Assembly (NCBI RefSeq): GCF_009914755.1
Contig: NC_060936.1
Direction: 5' to 3' (one strand)
Length of the DNA stretch: 64,000 nt
Source: the human T2T-CHM13v2.0 reference genome, Homo sapiens
Positions 57,073-64,000 of this stretch are shown here, piece by piece. The position numbers and the translations under genes are program-made. Within the stretch, counting starts at the first letter, position 1. Each line of letters starts with the position of its first letter. The notes beneath the pieces are model-generated. The model was not told where the DNA came from, ran no database searches, and worked only from the letters and a program-made list of their open reading frames with translations.

Positions 57073-58329
57073 CACTATCAGAGCCTCACTGCACACCTGC
57101 ACGTTGGGGCTGGCATTTAATACCCACCTTCTAAAGTGTGTGCATGTTTAGGAATAAAAGAGCAAATCCATGTAAATGCTTAGAACAGCTCCTGGCACAC
57201 CTCAAGTAGCCAACAATAAGAGTCTTTCCATTCTCTCACTTGGGAGCTCCTCTTCTTACTGGGACTTGACCAGTGAGACCTTCCGTGCCTGGGCCCTGTA
57301 TCTTGTGTCCCCTAGAGGCCCTGCAGGACTGGGAAGCTGGCCTCCGCTCTCCTGATTATGATGGTGCTTCCTGATCTTCCTGGGAGTTCTGGCCACCACC
57401 AGTGGGACATCAGCACGGGACACAGTTAGTACCCGTTCGCTTTCTCTGTGGCCAGGGATTGCTTCAGGAACTGACCAGCGGAAGCCAAGGAAGGGCTGTG
57501 AATGAATGCATGAGGACTTATGGGGAGAAAAAGAAAATTTTGTGTGGAGAGGAAAAAAAGTCATCAGGCAGATTCCTGATTAAAAATGGTAAAATGCTTT
57601 TGGACTCAACCTTGTAATTTTGGGCTCAGAAAGCTGGTGAAATGAGATGTAAAATGCCTCAAAAGTTGGACGCACCCAGTCAATGTTAGCTTTTCTTTCT
57701 GGCTCTGCAGAGAACATTCCATTGAGTTTTCTCCATCAAGATAATCATTCTCACTCTCTAGGTCTTACCTGGGTGTACCCCACACCCCCAGGGCAGTCAT
57801 CAGCGCCTTGCTGTGGGGAGAGTTGGTGGCTGGGAGGAAGGGCTCCTCTGGGCCCACTTCAGTGCCTCCCATAGTTTTGCAGCGGCAGAAAAGTCCCATT
57901 TCTCCCCGACTGCTCATGGCTGAAGCAGCCCTGCCTTGCCCAGCTTGGTCGAGCTGTGTTAATGTAATTAGCTCACTGGCTTCTCACCGGGGTGGACTCA
58001 GGCGCAGTGGCATGTGTGTTAAGAAAACCAGATGCCAGACTCCTGACTCTGGCACTGCTGAGTCCTGTTTCTTCGATGTCACCTCAGTGGCAGCAGGTGG
58101 GCAGCCCGTGCTGGGCTAGATGGCTGCCCTGGGAGTCTGAGGACTCTCTCGGGTCTGGTGACTTCAAAGTAAGCTGTAAGTGACACATCTGGGTAGGGAG
58201 GAGGCCTGGGGCACAAGAGGTCAAATCCTACAATTTAGGGTCCCTGGGAGTGTTCTCGTCTAGTGATTCCTAAAAGCCTGTTCATGGCCTAGGTACATTT
58301 GGATCTTTTGAGGATCTTGTTTAAAAAGC

Positions 58330-58470
58330 GGGGGCTGAGTGTGGTGGGTGGTGTGCGCCTGTAGTCCCATCTACTAGGGAGGCTGGGGTGGGGTGATCCC
58401 TTGAGCCCAGGAGTTGGAGACCAGCCTGAGCAACATAGTGAGACACCCATCCCCCTGTCTTGAAAAATAA
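58330..58470 (+). mobile_element. FLAM-type Alu monomer inside a MER5-like relic (~58260-58600)
   Basis: gcgcctgtagtcccatctactagggaggctg...cttgagcccaggagttggagaccagcctgagcaacatagtgagac; single arm. Confidence 0.8.
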
Positions 58471-58827
58471 GCAACATCTGGGGCCCCATTGGAGGTTCTG
58501 ATTTAGTTTGGGTGGTTGGAGTGGGGGAGGGGGAGCCTTAATCAATATTTTAAAAATGACTCCCAGGTGATCCTCATAGGCAGCAAGGTTTGGGGAAGCC
58601 ATGCCAGAGTCCAGCCTTGCACTGGTGCTGAATGCAGAGGTGCAAGTCTGTGATTCTGTCACCAGAGCATGTCAGTGACAGACCTGTAGCCAAACCCAGA
58701 CCTTGGAACTCAGAGGCTCTTGTTTTGGCTTACAGACACCTATTAGACTGGCTTCTGTAATTTTTGCCCACAAACCCCAGATTTATGCCAGAAATTCAGC
58801 CTGGCAGAACAGCGCTGTTATAGACAC

Positions 58828-59046
58828 CAGCAGTTCTATTCTACCTGGGGGCTATTTCACTTTCCCAGGGGACGTTTAGCAATGCTGGAGACATTTTTGG
58901 TCATTATGACTTGTAAAGGGGTGAGAGTTGCTACTGGCATCTGGTGGGTAGAAGCCAGGGATACTGCATGGAACAGCACCCCCCACACCCCCCCAGCAGA
59001 GAGCTACCCTGCACATGATGTCAGTAGTTCAGAGGCTAAGCAACCC
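58828..59046 (+). mobile_element. MER20
   Basis: cccaggggacgtttagcaatgctggagacatttttgg...tgctactggcatctggtgggtagaagccagggatactg. Confidence 0.85.
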
Positions 59047-59054
59047 TATTCTAG

Positions 59055-59195
59055 ACGAACGTTTCTCAGACTTAACTGCACTCACTGGGTCCTGATTTAA
59101 TAGGTCTGGGGTGTGGCCTGAGAGTCTGTATTTCTGAAAAGCTCCTGGGTTATGTTGACGCTGCCTGTCTGGGGACCACACTTTGCATAGCAAGT
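59055..59195. mobile_element. MER5A-like relic
   Basis: taggtctggggtgtggcctgagagtctgtatttct...ggggaccacacttt. Confidence 0.7.
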
Positions 59196-59229
59196 TATTT
59201 TCAGAGCAATTGATTTCAGAGTGACTTAG

Positions 59230-59440
59230 GAGTGGGTTGGAGTCACAGCTGTACCATCAACTAGCTGCTTGATCTTGGACAAGTTACTTTAACCTCTGTC
59301 ACCTTAAGTTTATTCATCTGCAAAATGGAGATCATATCACTTAGGGCCAAATTAGATAATATGTGTAAAGAGCTTAACACAGGTTATTGGCCTTGGCAAG
59401 CATTCAGCAAATGTAGCCGTTCCTTTCACTCCGTTATTAT
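59230..59440 (+). mobile_element. MIR
   Basis: gatcttggacaagttactttaacctctg...catctgcaaaatggagat. Confidence 0.75.
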
Positions 59441-59899
59441 TTGCTTAGCAGTTCAGCTTTAATTGTCCATTGTTTCATTATTTACCTATTTTGTGTCTCA
59501 TGCTTTGCTATAAAAAAATAAGATGAGGTGGGAGGTGATTGAAAGCATTATCTCTGTGATGGTGAGTTATAAAGATTACTAGCATTGTTTTTACTCCTAA
59601 GTCACCACACCTTCTGTCATGGGGTGGGAAGTGAGGCTGGAATAGGACTTAAAATCAACTCCAAGAGAAACATTTTGAGAACTGGAGGCATCACCAAGTC
59701 ATTCTTCAAATTCTGGAAACATGGTAGTTATTCTCCACTCACTCAACAAAAGTGACTGTGGAAGGAATGTCCCAAAAATCAGGTGTCTGATCTGTGCGTT
59801 TCCATTCACCATGGTTTTAGGGATCATAGAGAAGGATGACAAGCGAACGCAGATACCCAGTTTCATCAGTGTCCTGAAATACTCAAGTCACCTATTGCA

Positions 59900-60095
59900 G
59901 GAGTATTTCAGAGTGAGTTTTGAGTATGGGATTGAGCTTTGTTCAAAGTCCAACATTGCCACGTATTAGCCGTGTGACCTGGGGTTATATAACATCACAA
60001 AGCCTCAGTTTCCTCATATCTAAAATGGGAACAAAATAGTATCTGCTTCTAGAGTTGAAGTGAGGCGGAGGTGAGATGATGCATGTAAATTACTG
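59900..60095 (+). mobile_element. MIR
   Basis: gtgtgacctgggg...gcctcagtttcctcatatctaaaatggg. Confidence 0.75.
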
Positions 60096-61196
60096 GATGA
60101 CTTGACCAGGATGGACGGTCCTGCACATTAGAAAGGCTGTTTTCAAATGTTGGAGTGGGACAATCACTTGGAAACTTATTCAGAGGTCCCCCTCAGATAG
60201 TCGATTCATTAGGGCCAGGATGAGGCTTGGAATCAAACAGGCACCCTCAGGGATTCTAGCTGTGCTGTGCCACTTTGAGAAACCTAGTCCAGGTGCTAAA
60301 TTTACAGTGATCACCTTGGGATTCTGGTGTCCGACAAAGATGGAAACTTCGCAGGAAATGTTCCCCAGGCGGGAGGGCTAAGAGGACACAGTAACTCTTG
60401 AGAGTTGCTCCGACAGACCTTTTATTTTGGCAAGGGCTTGTGCTTTCTTTGCCAAGCCGTCATTCGTTACTTGGCTAGAGGAGGGACCACAGGGAGGGGA
60501 GAGGGGACATGTACAGCTGGCTGTCAGAACAGTCGACCTCTAAATGGGATAACCTCAGAGCCAGGCATAAGCAATCTGGAAACAAGGAGGGGAGGTGATG
60601 GAAGGTGGGAGCAGAGGCAGGTGCTGGAGACATTGCTGCAGACTTCCTGGAAGGGGTTGCCAAGCCGGGAAGATTCAGAGGGGAAGAGCACAGCTGGGGA
60701 GAGAGCCCCTGCTGGCTCCAGGTGCTGGTCCCAGAAGGCATCTTTGGAGGGAAGGGTCTGAGCTGTGACGGTTCAGTGCAGGGACAGGTGGGGTAAGCTC
60801 AGGTGTGCCGGGCTCCCTGTGCGTGTTGCAGAGCTCCCGGGGAGGGCAAGGATGTGAAGTGCGAGCAGATGGTCTCCGTCACTGCCAACCTAAATCAATG
60901 ACTGGAGAGGGCGAATGCTGCCAATTAGCAGGATATCCAGAGCTCTTTCTCCCAGCCCAGTGGCCCCACCTGGGAGCCAGGCAGCATGCTTTGCCTCCTG
61001 CTGAGACAGATCCTGCTTTTGCTGCTTCCTTGAGAGAAGTTTTAACACATGAAAATGGCTAAGAGCAAAGGCTTTGGCACCGCTGCCTGCTTTCAGATTG
61101 CTGCTTTTGCTAGCCATGTCATCTTGATCCTGTTTCTTCCCTTCTCTGGGCCTTGGTTTCCCCATTTGTAAAATGGTAATGGTGGCAATAGTACTC

Positions 61197-61655
61197 ATCA
61201 GTTATTGCCACCACAATGCTGCCCAGCAAACTACCTCAGTAGCACACAGTAGTAAGTGTTTGTTGTTCACACATCTGGGCTGGCCAGAGGGCTTTGCTGG
61301 TCTTGGCTGGCCTTGCTCATGTCTGGATGGCTTTGGCTGAGGGGAATGACTGAGATGATTTGTCTCAGCTTCCTGTATCTCTCTCATCCTCCTCTAGTGG
61401 TGTAGCCCAGGCAAATTCTCATGGATCTGGCAAAGGTACAAGAGCCAGTGAGCCACTCATGTAACTGCTTTTAAGTTCTTTTCTCACCCGCCCCCCACCA
61501 TGTTTGCTGCCATCCCATTGGCCACAGCAAGTCACATGGCCGAGCCCAGCATCAAGGCTCCTGGCAGACTGCACTTCCCAGGATGGCACTGCAGAGTCAC
61601 AGTGCCAAGGTGTATGGAATTGGGGTGTTTTTTGCAATCTACCATGAGTACTAAC
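61197..61655 (-). mobile_element. Old MLT1-family MaLR LTR
   Basis: cccattggccacagcaagtcacatggccgagccca...tttttgcaatctacca. Confidence 0.7.
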
Positions 61656-61879
61656 CTCACAGTTTCGTATGCAAGCAAATCCTCATCCACTTACCAGTCT
61701 TAGGACAGAGGATCCTCACTGGTCTCCTCGACCTTGAGACACCCAGATTAGGAATTCTTTTCTCCTCTGACTTCTTGTAGTTCCCTCCATATACTGTTCT
61801 ATTACCCCCGTCCATGACACCTTTGTACTGCTGTTCCTTCTGCCTGTAATGCCTACCCCTTGGCTTACCCATCTGATCA

Positions 61880-62115
61880 ACTCAGCTCTGGGGTCAGACT
61901 GTTTGGGTTTAAAGCTGGTTCATGTCATTTATTTAAAGCTTCATGACCCTGGCAAGTTTCTCACCCTCTCTGGGCTTCAGGTGCTTCCTCTGTAAAGTAA
62001 GTATCGTAACCTTCTTCCTTCTCTGCCAGGGTTGTCGTGTGGATTAAATAAGAATTGTAAAGCACGTATCAGTGACTACAAAAAACAAAAAGGAAATGCT
62101 CAATAGATGTTTGCT
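61880..62115 (+). mobile_element. MIR
   Basis: tgaccctggcaagtttctcaccctctctgggcttcag...ctgtaaag...gggttgtcgtgtggattaaat. Confidence 0.7.
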
Positions 62116-62545
62116 TTTGTAAAGCAGAGTTTACATTTTCCCTGTTGCTGTTGAAGCAAGGGTGTGCATCATATCCAATAACTGGGAAAAACAAAGCAAA
62201 ATAAACCTTTTTAACCTTGAGATGTGTCAGAAATAACAGGGTCACTCTGTCTCATTCTGGTCCCCTGAATAAAGGAAATCTTGACCATTTTCCATAAGCC
62301 TGGATTATCCAACCATCAGCTTTATCCTTAACTTGGCAATGATGATATGATTGCTTCTTGTGGTTATGATCATATATGAGAAATGTGGCAGCAGCAGAGG
62401 TAATTATCTCTTGTGATTATTTATGTGGTGTGACAGTCTTTCTTATAGCTGGTCCCCCTGAACCTCTTTGCAAGTAAGATTTTTTCTTTCTTAAATGCTT
62501 TTCTCTTCCTTCTATGTGTTGCTGCTACTGTTACTCCTGCTGTTT

Positions 62546-62627
62546 CTACCACTACCACAACAACCACCACTGCCGCGCCACCACCACCATCACTACCACC
62601 ACTACCACCATCATCACCACCATCACC
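62546..62627. repeat. (CAC)n-like trinucleotide repeat
   Basis: accactaccacaacaaccacc...ccaccaccatcactaccaccactaccaccatcatcacc. Confidence 0.88.
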
Positions 62628-62728
62628 CCAGCTCAACCAGAATGACTATAATCCTTCACACCCCTGCCAGGTTATCTTCCCTATGATGACTTTCTTAACC
62701 AGCTTCCCCCAAACAAGTAGTAACATTT

Positions 62729-63053
62729 TCCCCACCCAAATCCATCTTGAATTGTGGGAAGGATCCTGTGGGAGGTCATTGAACCATGGGGGCAGGTCTT
62801 TCCTGTGCTGTTCTTGTGATAGTGAGTAAGTCTTATGAGATCTGATGGTTCTATAAGGGGGAGTTTCCCTGCCCAATCTCTCTCTTTGCCTGCTGCCATC
62901 CATGTAAGATGTCACTTGCTCCTCTTTGCCTTCCACCATGATTGTGAGGTTTCCCCAGCCATGTGGAACTATAAGCTCATGAAATCTCTTTCTTTTGTAA
63001 ATTGCCCAGTCTTGGGTATGTCTTTATCAGCAGTGTGAAAAGGGACTAAGACA
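62729..63053 (+). mobile_element. THE1 (THE1A/B-like) MaLR solo LTR, slightly 5'-eroded
   Basis: ccccacccaaatccatcttgaattgt...gatctgatggttctataagggggagtttccctgc...gtatgtctttatcagcagtgtgaaaagggactaagaca. Confidence 0.92.
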
Positions 63054-64000
63054 GCATTCTATTATTTTGTATCTTGTACCTGCTTCTGTTTTAACACAGT
63101 GTATTTGAAGTACAGTTTTTGAGTCTCCTGTTTTCCCCTATATAAGGGGGCAGAAAACATGTCTCTGTACCTTAACATCTAAGAGAAGGATTTGGCATAT
63201 AATAGATGCTCAATTTATACCTGTTGAACATTGATAGAGGAATTTCATCTTACTCTCGTGATATTCTTGTTCTAAAACCAAAAATTGCAGTAAAAGGCCC
63301 CCGCCCCCACAACCATGGTTGCAGAGGTGTGGAATAGAGTAGAACTCATGAATGACATGAGACATTGGAATTCATGGATAGGCATATGCTAGCAAGCCTG
63401 AGATCCAGTGGGGCCTCTAATTTTGATATTTATAAATGGACTTTCCATATTGCCTGTGTTATTTAAGGTAACATGAACTTCTGTAACGTAAGCCCCAAAA
63501 TCTTGGTGAATGAACACAAGAAAAACTTAATTTCCCACTGATGTGAATAGCTTAGAGTAGGTGTTCTTGGTTGGGGAACTCTCCTCCATTTGGTGTTTCA
63601 GGGACCTAGGCTCCTTCCATGTTGAGAATCTTCCATCTTTAACACAGGCTTTCAAGGCCACGGTGAAGGTCATCTACTTTTTTGGCATCTAGCTGGAGGG
63701 GATAAGGACATTGAGCTTACTGAATCAGGCCCAGAAGAGGTCCCCATCACTTCTTCTCCCATTCCACTGGCCAGAACTTGGTCTTGGGGAGGCTGACAAA
63801 TCTAGTCAGCCATGTGTTCATTTTCTGTTTAGTAAGACCTCACACATCAGTGTTTATGCAGGAGATAGGCCAAAACATTTTTTTTTACACCTCTATCTGT
63901 TTTTCTACTGCTAAACCAATCTTAACCAAACCCTGCTTCCATTTCATGCAATATTGGCTCTAGACTGCAGCCATGTGACTAAAAGGGGGCCCTTGAACCA

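Noticed and set aside
58330-58470. 7SL RNA gene or pseudogene
   Set aside because: No S-domain sequence; it is an Alu monomer (FLAM-type)
62770-62790. DUX4 site in the THE1/MST LTRs
   Set aside because: The consensus TAATTGAATCA reads TCATTGAACCA here, and the equivalent sites in the LTRs at 692 and 23843 also deviate

Overview
This window is primate, most likely human, genomic DNA covering the 5' end of CHST11 (chondroitin 4-O-sulfotransferase 1; human 12q23.3 from recall). It holds about 10 kb of repeat-rich upstream sequence, a CpG-island promoter (about 10.1-12.4 kb), and coding exon 1 (ATG 11059, [39 protein letters not shown], which is the cytoplasmic tail plus the type II Golgi anchor). 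Exon 1 has two in-frame 5' splice donors 15 nt apart. The remaining ~53 kb is intron 1, and exon 2 is not in the window. The rest of the sequence is interspersed repeats: about 25 Alu/FLAM/FRAM copies, MaLR solo LTRs (THE1, MST, MLT1), L1, L2 and MIR fragments, MER DNA-transposon relics and microsatellites. Many have readable target-site duplications (TSDs) and several are nested. Almost all ORF-track entries are Alu, low-complexity or GC-rich artefacts. I see no CRISPR array, rRNA, tRNA or operon-like content, and no convincing evidence of a new biological system. The best leads are regulatory or structural: the exon-1 leader and tandem donors, a sense THE1 LTR that keeps its TATA and splice donor, p53/ARE/IRF/RUNX-ETS motif candidates, an old 166-bp tandem duplication, non-B DNA tracts and a 133-codon non-repeat intronic ORF. 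Repeat subfamily calls are by eye and their boundaries are approximate unless a TSD is quoted.
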